A DNA stretch of 55,066 nt from Candidatus Omnitrophota bacterium (GTDB lineage Bacteria; Omnitrophota; Omnitrophia; Omnitrophales; Aquincolibacteriaceae). The position numbers and the translations under genes are program-made. Below, piece by piece: positions 18,934 through 26,233 of the stretch; the stretch's first letter is position 1, and every line of letters begins with the position of its first letter. The notes beneath the pieces were generated by a model. The model was given only the letters and a program-made list of their open reading frames with translations. It searched no databases and was not told the DNA's origin. Where the stretch lies: positions 1-55,066 of the forward strand of contig JAHFHG010000009.1 of assembly GCA_023247035.1 (NCBI GenBank), written 5' to 3'.

Positions 18934-19704
18934 ATGAAAAAAATCCTCATCGTGAATGCCGACGACTGCAACCTCACGCGCGGGGTCACGGAAGCCATCC
19001 TGGATTGCCACGATCAAGGCCTTCTGAGCAGCGCGACATTTCTGATCAATCTTCCCGTGGAGGGCTGGACCCTGCGGCAGCTTCAAAAGCGCAAAACGCT
19101 CGGCCTCGGCCTTCATTTAAACGTGACCCTGGGTCGGCCCGTCTCCAAATTCAGAAACGTCAAATCGCTGGCGGGAAAGAAAGGGTATTTTCGTAACGTT
19201 CACGATCAACTCGCGCGGCCGCCGGCCCCCGATGAACTTGCCGGGGAATATCAAAATCAAATTGACCTTTTCAAGCGCCACTTCGCCAGAGCCCCGACTC
19301 ATCTTGATACTCACCACCAGGTGCACAACCACCCGTTTTTTTTGCGAGTCCTGATAAAAGTCGCGAGGCGGAACCGGCTTGCGGTGCGACGTTCCGGTTT
19401 GATGCTGCAGGAGGCATTTACCCCCGCGCGTTTACGAGTTCGAACGACGGATTTCTTTTTCGGAAATTTAAGTCCTCAAGGCTGCTGGAAAGAACCCGCG
19501 CTGCAGGCGGTCCTTTCAAATCTTCCCGAAGGCGTGAGCGAGATCATGTGCCATCCGGGCAGGAATGATCCGGATCTTGCGCGGATCAGTTCGTTCACCG
19601 CCGGCAGGGAAGAAGAATACCGCCTTTTTCATTCCGCGGAAATGAAATCCCGCCTTGAACGTTTTTCCATCCGGCTCAGCCACTTCGGATTATGTTATAC
19701 TTGA
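18934..19704 (+). CDS. YdjC/ChbG/HpnK family carbohydrate deacetylase
   Basis: LIVNADD, GLHLN, PTHLDTHHQVH, EIMCHPG motifs. Confidence 0.9.
   Translation: MKKILIVNADDCNLTRGVTEAILDCHDQGLLSSATFLINLPVEGWTLRQLQKRKTLGLGLHLNVTLGRPVSKFRNVKSLAGKKGYFRNVHDQLARPPAPDELAGEYQNQIDLFKRHFARAPTHLDTHHQVHNHPFFLRVLIKVARRNRLAVRRSGLMLQEAFTPARLRVRTTDFFFGNLSPQGCWKEPALQAVLSNLPEGVSEIMCHPGRNDPDLARISSFTAGREEEYRLFHSAEMKSRLERFSIRLSHFGLCYT
19693..19701 (+). promoter_or_regulatory. Extended -10 element just upstream of surE (near-leaderless)
   Basis: TGtTATACT ends 9 nt before ATG 19711; no SD. Confidence 0.45.
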
Positions 19705-19710
19705 AACGCA

Positions 19711-20595
19711 ATGAATATTCTGCTGACCAATGATGATGGAATCCGCGCGCCCGGCCTTCAAGCCCTCCTGGAAAATATGCCGGAGGAAATGCGCGTCGTC
19801 GTGGCGGCGCCGGCCAATGAAAGATCAGCCGCCAGCCATTCGATCTCGCTGGGGCAAAAATTGAGGGTCGAGGAATTGCACGAACGCGGCGCGCGCCTTT
19901 TTGCGGTTCACGGGACTCCCGCAGATTGTGTGAAGTATGCCCTTTCCGGAATCCGCGGGTTTACTCCGGATTTGATCATTTCGGGGATCAATCAGGGCGC
20001 CAATACCGGAGTGAGCGTTTATTATTCCGGGACCATTTCCGCGGCACGGGAAGGCTTTATCAACGGAGTGCCGGCGATCGCAGTCTCGCTGGCTATACCC
20101 AACGAACTTGAGCCTGCGAAAGTTGGAGGCGCCTCTTTAGAGAAGGAATCGCCGCGAAAAGTTCGCAATCCTGATCTCGTTGGGTATAGCCGGACTTTTC
20201 CCGATTTCCGGGCCAGCCTGGAGGTGGTCCGGTGTATGGTCGAAAGGTATCAAGCCTGCCGTTTTCCCTGCGATGTGATGCTCAATGTCAATATCCCTGC
20301 GCTTGTTTCCGAAAATATAAAGGGCGTCAAGATTACCAAACAAGCCAACTCGCGTTTTATCGAGGAATTTGTGCCCGAGAAGGACCACGACGGCAAAAGA
20401 GTTTTCACGCTTGCCGGCACCATTCAGATTTACGATGCCGACGGGACGAGCGATGAGGAAGCCATTCAAGAAGGATTTATTTCCGTGACTCCTTTAAAGC
20501 TGGACCTTACAGCGCACGAGGCCATTCCTCTTTTTAAAGAGTGGATTGGACTGTGCAATTATCCGAAACCGTCCCGGGAAAATTTGGGCGTATGA
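19711..20595 (+). CDS. surE: 5'/3'-nucleotidase SurE (with 31-aa in-frame insertion)
   Basis: ILLTNDDG, GTPADCV, SGINQGANTG, YSGTISAA, ISVTPL. Confidence 0.95.
   Translation: MNILLTNDDGIRAPGLQALLENMPEEMRVVVAAPANERSAASHSISLGQKLRVEELHERGARLFAVHGTPADCVKYALSGIRGFTPDLIISGINQGANTGVSVYYSGTISAAREGFINGVPAIAVSLAIPNELEPAKVGGASLEKESPRKVRNPDLVGYSRTFPDFRASLEVVRCMVERYQACRFPCDVMLNVNIPALVSENIKGVKITKQANSRFIEEFVPEKDHDGKRVFTLAGTIQIYDADGTSDEEAIQEGFISVTPLKLDLTAHEAIPLFKEWIGLCNYPKPSRENLGV
20094..20188. mobile_element. MITE-like element with terminal inverted repeats and TA duplication, inserted in frame in surE
   Basis: GGCTATACCCAACGA (20091-20105) and TCGTTGGGTATAGCC (20177-20191) form a perfect 15-bp inverted repeat. 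Removing 93 bp restores GGCTAGCC and the peptide AVSLASRTFPDF. Confidence 0.8.
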
Positions 20596-20619
20596 ATTCA
20601 ATCCGGACGGGAGGCTGAC

Positions 20620-22113
20620 GTGGCTAAAGTCCGTCTCAATTTTATTGAAGGCAAGTGGGTTGGGCCGGCAGGGAAGAAATATTTTGAGGATCGAAATCCC
20701 GCTTATTGGAAAGAGCTGCTGGGTTCTTTTCCGGAATCAGGGCCGGAAGACGTGGAAAAAGCCGTTTCGGCCGCGGAGAAGGCTTACGAATCGTGGCGTC
20801 TTCTGCCTCCTCCGAAGCGGGGCGAGATCATTTTAAAAGCAGGGCTTCTCCTGCAGGATCAAAAAGAGGAACTCGCCCGCCTCATGACGCGCGAAATGGG
20901 AAAGGTGCTTAAAGAAGCGCGCGGGGACGTCCAAGAGGCAATTGATATGGCCTTTTATACGGCCGGCGAAGGGCGGCGGCTTTTTGGAAAGACCACGACC
21001 AGCGAACTTAAAAATAAATTTGCAATGTCCGTCCGGATGCCGGTGGGCGTGTGCGGCTTGATCACGCCCTGGAATTTTCCCGTCGCCATTCCATCCTGGA
21101 AAATTTTTCCGGCTTTGATTTGCGGGAACACATTAATTTTTAAGCCCGCGGAGGACACTCCGGCCTGCGGCGCGAAATTTGTCGAGATTCTGCAAGAGGC
21201 CGGTCTTCCTGCCGGCGTTTTGAATTTGATCCACGGGGGGGCTGACGCAGGCCAGGCGCTTGTGAATCATCCGAGGATACGCCTCATTTCTTTTACCGGC
21301 TCCTGCGAAGCCGGGAGAATGATCGCCGCGCAGACCGGCCGCGCTCTTAAGCGGTGCTCGCTTGAAATGGGCGGAAAGAACGCGCAAATCGTAATGGCAG
21401 ATGCGGATTTGGATCTTGCGATTGAAGGCGCGGTGTGGGGAGCGTTTGGGACCACGGGACAACGCTGCACCGCGGCGAGTCGGATTTATATTGAGAGAAA
21501 AATTTTTGAGACGTTTCGCCGCGCCGTCGTCGAGCGGGCCCGGAAGATTAAAGTAGGAAACGGATTCAAATCCGGAATTGAAATGGGGCCGGTGATCAAT
21601 GAAACGCAGCTGAAGCGCGTTGATTCTTACGTCCGGAGCGGGATCGAAGAAGGCGCCCGGCTGGAGTGCGGCGGCCGGATCTTAAAAGGCGCAGCTTTCA
21701 AGAATGGATTTTTTTACGCGCCGACCGTCTTCACGCGCGTCAGCCCAAAAATGAAAATCATCCGCGAAGAAATTTTCGGGCCTGTGACCTGCCTGATCCC
21801 TGTGAAGAGCCTTGAAGAAGCGATCAGGGAAGTCAACCGGTCCGCCTACGGGCTTTCGTCTTCCATTTATTCCAGAGACGTCAACCGCGCGATGAGGGCG
21901 ATCCGCGATATTGAGGCGGGGATCACTTATATTAACGGGCCCACGATCGGCGCGGAAGTTCATCTGCCTTTCGGCGGAGTCAAGAATACGGGAAACGGAC
22001 ACCGCGAGGCCGGCGAGACGGCGCTGGATATTTTCAGCGAATGGAAAAGCGTGTTTATCGATTACAGCGGCAAGCTTCAGAAAGCGCAGATTGATGTGGA
22101 TGGAATGAAATGA
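20620..22113 (+). CDS. NAD(P)-dependent aldehyde dehydrogenase
   Basis: ITPWNFP, FTGS, LEMGGKN, GQRCTA (catalytic Cys), EEIFGP, PFGG. Confidence 0.95.
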   Translation: MAKVRLNFIEGKWVGPAGKKYFEDRNPAYWKELLGSFPESGPEDVEKAVSAAEKAYESWRLLPPPKRGEIILKAGLLLQDQKEELARLMTREMGKVLKEARGDVQEAIDMAFYTAGEGRRLFGKTTTSELKNKFAMSVRMPVGVCGLITPWNFPVAIPSWKIFPALICGNTLIFKPAEDTPACGAKFVEILQEAGLPAGVLNLIHGGADAGQALVNHPRIRLISFTGSCEAGRMIAAQTGRALKRCSLEMGGKNAQIVMADADLDLAIEGAVWGAFGTTGQRCTAASRIYIERKIFETFRRAVVERARKIKVGNGFKSGIEMGPVINETQLKRVDSYVRSGIEEGARLECGGRILKGAAFKNGFFYAPTVFTRVSPKMKIIREEIFGPVTCLIPVKSLEEAIREVNRSAYGLSSSIYSRDVNRAMRAIRDIEAGITYINGPTIGAEVHLPFGGVKNTGNGHREAGETALDIFSEWKSVFIDYSGKLQKAQIDVDGMK

Positions 22114-22315
22114 TCCGGCATAAACGAAAGCTGGGCCGATTTTATAAACAATTGATAAAAAAAGAGAAATTTTCCTACCGGCAGGCTTTAGCGATTTATG
22201 AAAATCTCCATCGCGAGGCGGTTTTCTTGGATGTTATCCATTTGAAGAATATGTTGGAGGAATAGAGACGGATATCCAAATGGCTCGAATGATCCACAAT
22301 CAAAAAAATGATTGA
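22110..22315 (+). pseudogene. Frameshifted small partner gene of the nucleotidyltransferase (antitoxin-like)
   Basis: MIRHKRKLGRFYKQLIKKEKFSYRQALAIYENLHREAV... stops at 22265. A shifted frame continues IETDIQMARMIHN to 22315 and overlaps the next start. Confidence 0.55.
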
Positions 22316-22867
22316 AAAACTGCTTAGCAGAATTGCCAAGCGCTTAGATAAAGCCGAGATTCCCTATAGGGTGATCGGGGGGCAGGCTGTTCTGCTTTAT
22401 GGAACGCCGCGGTTGACTCGCAATATTGACATCACCCTCGGGGTGGATACAGATCAATTCGACTCTCTGGCCGTAATTTGTAAGCGGCTTAAACTGAAGG
22501 CCCTCCCTCCGCGCCCTCAACACTTTGTAAGGCAAACCAAAGCGCTGCCGGCCGAGGATGTTAAAACGAGATTCGGGTGGACTTCATCTTCTCTTTCACG
22601 CCTTATGAAAGACCGGCTATGAGCGGGGCGCGGAAAGTTCAGAGGGCAGGCTGCGCCGTCAAATTCGCATCCCCGGAGGATGTCATTATCCATAAAATGT
22701 TTGCCGGGCGGCCGGTCGATTTCGAGGACGCAAAAAATACTCTATTGAAGCGCAAAAACAAGATCCATCTTCGTTATCTCAAGAAATGGCTCTCAGAGTT
22801 CGAAAGTCTTTCCGGAAAAAAACTGGCCAACGACTTCAACCGTTTGAACCGCGCGAGCTGCCTTTGA
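22308..22867 (+). pseudogene. Frameshifted nucleotidyltransferase (DUF6036/AbiEii-like superfamily)
   Basis: N-half IPYRVIGGQAVLLYGTPRLTRNIDI (22308-22622) and C-half VDFIFS...SPEDVIIHKMFAGRPVDFED (22577-22867) are in different frames; the shift is near 22570. Confidence 0.75.
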
Positions 22868-24228
22868 TGAAACGGCCTTTAATCAGAGTTCCTTTGCCTG
22901 GTCCAAGAGCCAAAAAAATTATCCAGCGTGACCGCGAACTTCTCTCGCCTTCCTTTACGCGCTCGTATCCTTTAGTCGCTCATCGCGGAAAAGGGATGTG
23001 GATCGAGGATCCGGACGGAAATGTGTTCCTGGATTTTACGGCAGGGATTGCGGTCACGGCGACCGGACACTGCCATCCTGACGTGGTGCGCGCGATTCGG
23101 AAACAAGCCGGGATGCTTCTGCATATGTCGGGCACGGATTTTTATTATGAAGCGCAGGTCCGGCTCGCCGAAAAACTGGCGGCGCTCGCTCCGGGGAAAT
23201 TCAAGAAACGCGTCTTTTTTACGAATTCCGGCGCGGAAGCGGTCGAGGCCGCCTTCAAATTGGCAAGGTATAAAACAAAGCGTGAGAAAATGATTTCTTT
23301 TTTCGGGGCCTTTCACGGGCGCACGTTTGGAGCGCTTTCGCTCACCGGCAGCAAGGTCAGGCAGAAAGAAAATTTCGGCCCTTTGGTTCCCGGAGTCACT
23401 CACGTCGGATACGGATATTGTTACCGCTGCCCGTACCATTTGGTTTATCCCGACTGCGGGATTGACTGCGTGGCTTATATCGAGCACACGTTATTTAAAA
23501 AGACCGTGCCTCCCGAAGAAGTGGCGGCCCTTATTGTCGAACCGATCCAGGGCGAAGGCGGATATGTCGTCCCGCCTCCCGGATATCACCAGAAATTGCG
23601 GGCGCTTACTCAAAAGTACGGTATCTTACTGATTGCCGATGAAGTCCAATCGGGAATGGGAAGGACCGGAAAAATGTTTGCGATCGAGCATTGGGGAGTG
23701 GAGCCCGACATTATTGTGGCGGCCAAGGGAATCGCCTCGGGCCTTCCTTTAGGAGCGATGATCACGCGCGCGGATTTAATGGACTGGGAGCCGGGCTCCC
23801 ACGCCAATACGTTCGGCGGAAATCCGGTAGCCTGCGCGGCCGCGCTTCAGACGATTGATCTGTTGGAGAAAAGGCTTCTCAAAAACGCCTCCGAAACGGG
23901 GGATTATTTAAAGTCGAAATTAAACGAACTCTCCCGGAAATTCCTTTTGATCGGAGACGTCCGCGGGATCGGTCTGATGATCGGAATCGAGCTGGTAAGG
24001 AATCGCGAGACCCAAGAACCCGCGCCGCACGAGCGGGATCAGATTATTCAGCGGGCTTTTGAAAAAGGGCTTCTGCTCCTGGGCTGCGGGGAATCGGGGA
24101 TAAGATTTTGCCCGCCGTTGGGGGTGACGAAACAAAATGTGGACGTCGCGATGGAAATACTGGAAGAATGCTTAAGAAACCGGAAGCGAGTCACAAGGCA
24201 TGAGAAGCAGGATAAAAAATCACAATAG
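22867..24228 (+). CDS. Class III aminotransferase (GabT/ArgD-like)
   Basis: [56 protein letters not shown]. Start at ATG 22867. Confidence 0.92.
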   Translation: MKRPLIRVPLPGPRAKKIIQRDRELLSPSFTRSYPLVAHRGKGMWIEDPDGNVFLDFTAGIAVTATGHCHPDVVRAIRKQAGMLLHMSGTDFYYEAQVRLAEKLAALAPGKFKKRVFFTNSGAEAVEAAFKLARYKTKREKMISFFGAFHGRTFGALSLTGSKVRQKENFGPLVPGVTHVGYGYCYRCPYHLVYPDCGIDCVAYIEHTLFKKTVPPEEVAALIVEPIQGEGGYVVPPPGYHQKLRALTQKYGILLIADEVQSGMGRTGKMFAIEHWGVEPDIIVAAKGIASGLPLGAMITRADLMDWEPGSHANTFGGNPVACAAALQTIDLLEKRLLKNASETGDYLKSKLNELSRKFLLIGDVRGIGLMIGIELVRNRETQEPAPHERDQIIQRAFEKGLLLLGCGESGIRFCPPLGVTKQNVDVAMEILEECLRNRKRVTRHEKQDKKSQ

Positions 24229-24263
24229 GAATTTTACGCGCTTCTTGTTTCTGGATTCTCGGA

Positions 24264-24455
24264 TTACTTTTTGAAAGTGCCGTCCAGCGTTTCGAAGATA
24301 ATCGTGACCAGATTGTGGCACTGAGGGCATTTGATTTGCTTGAAGGCCTGGATGTTGTCGTGCTTGGGGCGGTACATGATCGAAAGGATTTTGGTGATGA
24401 AATGATTTTCATCTCCGGACCAGTGGCAGCTTGAACAGGTGTAAAGCGGTTTCAA
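24264..24455 (-). CDS. Small zinc-ribbon-like protein (63 aa)
   Basis: YTCSSCHW...IKCPQCH (two CxxC); GAGG SD upstream of the TTG start. Confidence 0.6.
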   Translation of the reverse strand: MKPLYTCSSCHWSGDENHFITKILSIMYRPKHDNIQAFKQIKCPQCHNLVTIIFETLDGTFKK

Positions 24456-24494
24456 TTTTCCTCTTTTCTTAAGAATGAATCCAACAGCGTACTT

Positions 24495-24854
24495 ATGAAA
24501 AAATCGGCCGCGTCGAATAAAACTTTAAGATTACCTGTGTTTTTTCTCAGCTTATTTCTTGGCCTTGCTCCGGCTTATGCGGCGACAGGGGAAGGCGAGA
24601 GTTTCAAAATCAGGGCAAAACGGAGCCTTCAGCGGGGCGGGATCAAGATGGCCGGCGCGCTCCTTGAGATCCCGATAACCCTTCAAGAATATCATGAAAA
24701 AGCGGGCTACCCGCTCGTCCGCCACACAACTGGAATTTTCGAAGGCGCGTTCCGTGCCCTTCACCGGTTTGAGAGCGGCCTTTGGGATTTTGTTTCCGTC
24801 CTTTTACCGGGCCGGCAAAAGGCCCTTCCCGTCCAGCCTGAAACTTTATTCTAG
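24495..24854 (+). CDS. Small exported protein resembling the TIGR04073 exosortase-system-associated family
   Basis: Signal peptide (APAYA); LQRG...LLEIP...G...RFESGLWDFV...PVQPE pattern. Confidence 0.6.
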   Translation: MKKSAASNKTLRLPVFFLSLFLGLAPAYAATGEGESFKIRAKRSLQRGGIKMAGALLEIPITLQEYHEKAGYPLVRHTTGIFEGAFRALHRFESGLWDFVSVLLPGRQKALPVQPETLF

Positions 24855-25052
24855 AGGCCGGTTTTTTAACCCGGCGTTTGATCAAGCCTACGAAATTTCA
24901 ATTCCCCTTTTAAAGCGAACGTTTTATAATCTCACCTCTTATTTGCAATCCTTCGCGGGCCGGTCCCGTTAAACGGAACGGCTCGGCAAAGAGATGTGGG
25001 CAGCGAAATCAGCGGCCTCGAATGAAATGAGTTCTTATCCGCAAAGTTTTGT

Positions 25053-25125
25053 GGGCCGGTAGTTCAGTTGGGAGAACGCTACAATGGCATTGTAGAGGTC
25101 AGGGGTTCAACTCCCCTCCGGTCCA
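25053..25125 (+). tRNA. tRNA-Ala(GGC)
   Basis: Acceptor GGGCCGG/CCGGTCC with G3:U70, anticodon arm CTACA-ATGGCAT-TGTAG, T-arm AGGGG-TTCAACT-CCCCT; complete CCA not encoded. Confidence 0.95.
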
Positions 25126-25268
25126 CCGATTTATGAATTGAGAGGGGAGTTGAAGGGAGCGTGCGGTTTCAAACGTGACTTAACGTCACGTTTGAGCGGG
25201 CGGGTGGCCGACCCGTAATGAGTGAAGCGAATGAAGGGCGCCAACTCCCCTCCGGTCCACCGATTTAT
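25108..25268 (+). repeat. tRNA-3'-end-duplicating palindromic element, copy 1 (134-bp period)
   Basis: 27-bp direct repeat CAACTCCCCTCCGGTCCACCGATTTAT at 25108 and 25242. Internal GAGGGGAGTTGAA (anti-T-arm) and TCAAACGTGAC-ttaac-GTCACGTTTGA hairpin. Confidence 0.85.
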
Positions 25269-25294
25269 TATTAACCCCAATTTAAAAATATTTT

Positions 25295-25681
25295 ATGAGC
25301 CAATTCTTGATAGTCGGATTAGGCGGCTTCATGGGCGCTGTGGCAAGGTACAAGCTGGGTGGTTTTGTTCTTCATCACACGGTGGAGAACAAATTTCCCG
25401 TGAGCACTCTTGTGGTCAATGTTTTGGGTTGTTGCATTGCTGGCCTTCTGACCGGCCTTATTGAAAGCCGCGATTTTTTTAGTCCCTTGACCCGACTTTT
25501 TCTTTTTACGGGTTTCTTGGGTGGTTTTACCACCTTTTCAGCCTTTGGCTTGGAAACCTTTTATTTGATCCAAAGACATGAATTTCTTTTGGCTGGCCTT
25601 AATGCGTTTCTTAGCGTTTCGTTGGGTTTATTTGCCCTTTGGTTGGGGATAAGAATGGGCGTTATTACGTTGGCAAAATAG
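25295..25681 (+). CDS. crcB: Fluoride efflux channel CrcB/FluC
   Basis: GGFMGAVARY, FPVSTLVVNVLG, GFLGGFTTFSAF. Confidence 0.95.
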   Translation: MSQFLIVGLGGFMGAVARYKLGGFVLHHTVENKFPVSTLVVNVLGCCIAGLLTGLIESRDFFSPLTRLFLFTGFLGGFTTFSAFGLETFYLIQRHEFLLAGLNAFLSVSLGLFALWLGIRMGVITLAK

Positions 25682-25839
25682 AAACAAGTTTCGCTCTAGT
25701 GTCGCTGTAGAGTGTTTTGCAAAAAGCGATTGAAATTGCGACAAGTTGTAACTCGATTGAAATAGAAGAGTATAGAATGTGGATCGCAGAAGAGGATTTG
25801 AAACTGACCACACTGATGGCATTGTAGAGGTCAGGGGTT

Positions 25840-26011
25840 CAACTCCCCTCCTGTCCACCGATTTATGAATTGAGAGGGGAGTTGAAGGGAGCCTGTGGTT
25901 TCAAACGTGACTTGATGTCACGTTTGAGCGGGCGGGTGGCCGACCCGAAGTGATCCGCCAGGATTTGCGGCGGAGAACGAAGGGCGCCAACTCCCCTCCT
26001 GTCCACCGATT
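25840..26011 (+). repeat. tRNA-3'-end-duplicating palindromic element, copy 2 (148-bp period)
   Basis: 24-bp direct repeat CAACTCCCCTCCTGTCCACCGATT at 25840 and 25988. Same internal hairpins as copy 1 plus an extra TCCGCC...GGCGGA hairpin. Confidence 0.85.
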
Positions 26012-26061
26012 AAATGCGGAATAAATAAACTATTTTCCATTCCGCAATCCGCATTCAACCC

Positions 26062-26147
26062 GCAGGAGTGGCGGAACTGGCAGACGCGCCGGACTCAAAA
26101 TCCGGTGGTGCTCAAACACTGTGAGGGTTCGACTCCCTCCTCCTGCA
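26062..26147 (+). tRNA. tRNA-Leu(CAA)
   Basis: Acceptor GCAGGAG/CTCCTGC, anticodon arm CCGGA-CTCAAAA-TCCGG, long variable arm, GAGGG-TTCGACT-CCCTC. Confidence 0.95.
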
Positions 26148-26194
26148 GATTCATTCTTCACTCAAGCTGCTTTCCGGTCCTGGGTTTGCCTGCT

Positions 26195-26224
26195 TTGCCT
26201 AAAGAAGTTCGCTTGTGTTAGAAT
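26195..26224 (+). promoter_or_regulatory. leuS promoter (near-leaderless)
   Basis: TTGCCT-18 bp-(TGt)TAGAAT ending 9 nt before ATG 26234; no SD. Confidence 0.55.
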
Positions 26225-26233
26225 ACCGGCCCT

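Larger units (their letters stand above)
25084..25863 (+). mobile_element. Integrase-less mini-island at tRNA-Ala carrying crcB (attL = tRNA, attR = tRNA 3' half from 25816)
   Basis: The tRNA 3' half, starting exactly at the anticodon loop (ATGGCAT), is repeated at 25816 with one substitution. Cargo is visibly AT-richer. Confidence 0.7.

Noticed and set aside
12435-19704. Hopanoid biosynthesis cluster
   Set aside because: Only a generic YdjC/HpnK-type deacetylase is present; no squalene-hopene cyclase or radical-SAM hpn genes are in the window.
25200-25294. Fluoride riboswitch upstream of crcB
   Set aside because: No GGCGATGG...CTAATG/CTGATG-type consensus is visible; the space is occupied by the tRNA-linked repeat.
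25816-25860. Second tRNA-Ala gene
   Set aside because: Only the 3' half from the anticodon loop is present, with no 5' acceptor strand or D-arm; treated as attR.
25108-26011. CRISPR array (four similar 24-27 bp repeats)
   Set aside because: The repeats are tRNA 3' ends, spacing is irregular, the intervening sequences are homologous to each other, and no cas genes are present.
26148-26233. T-box leader for leuS
   Set aside because: Too short, no T-box consensus, and the promoter lies immediately before the ATG.
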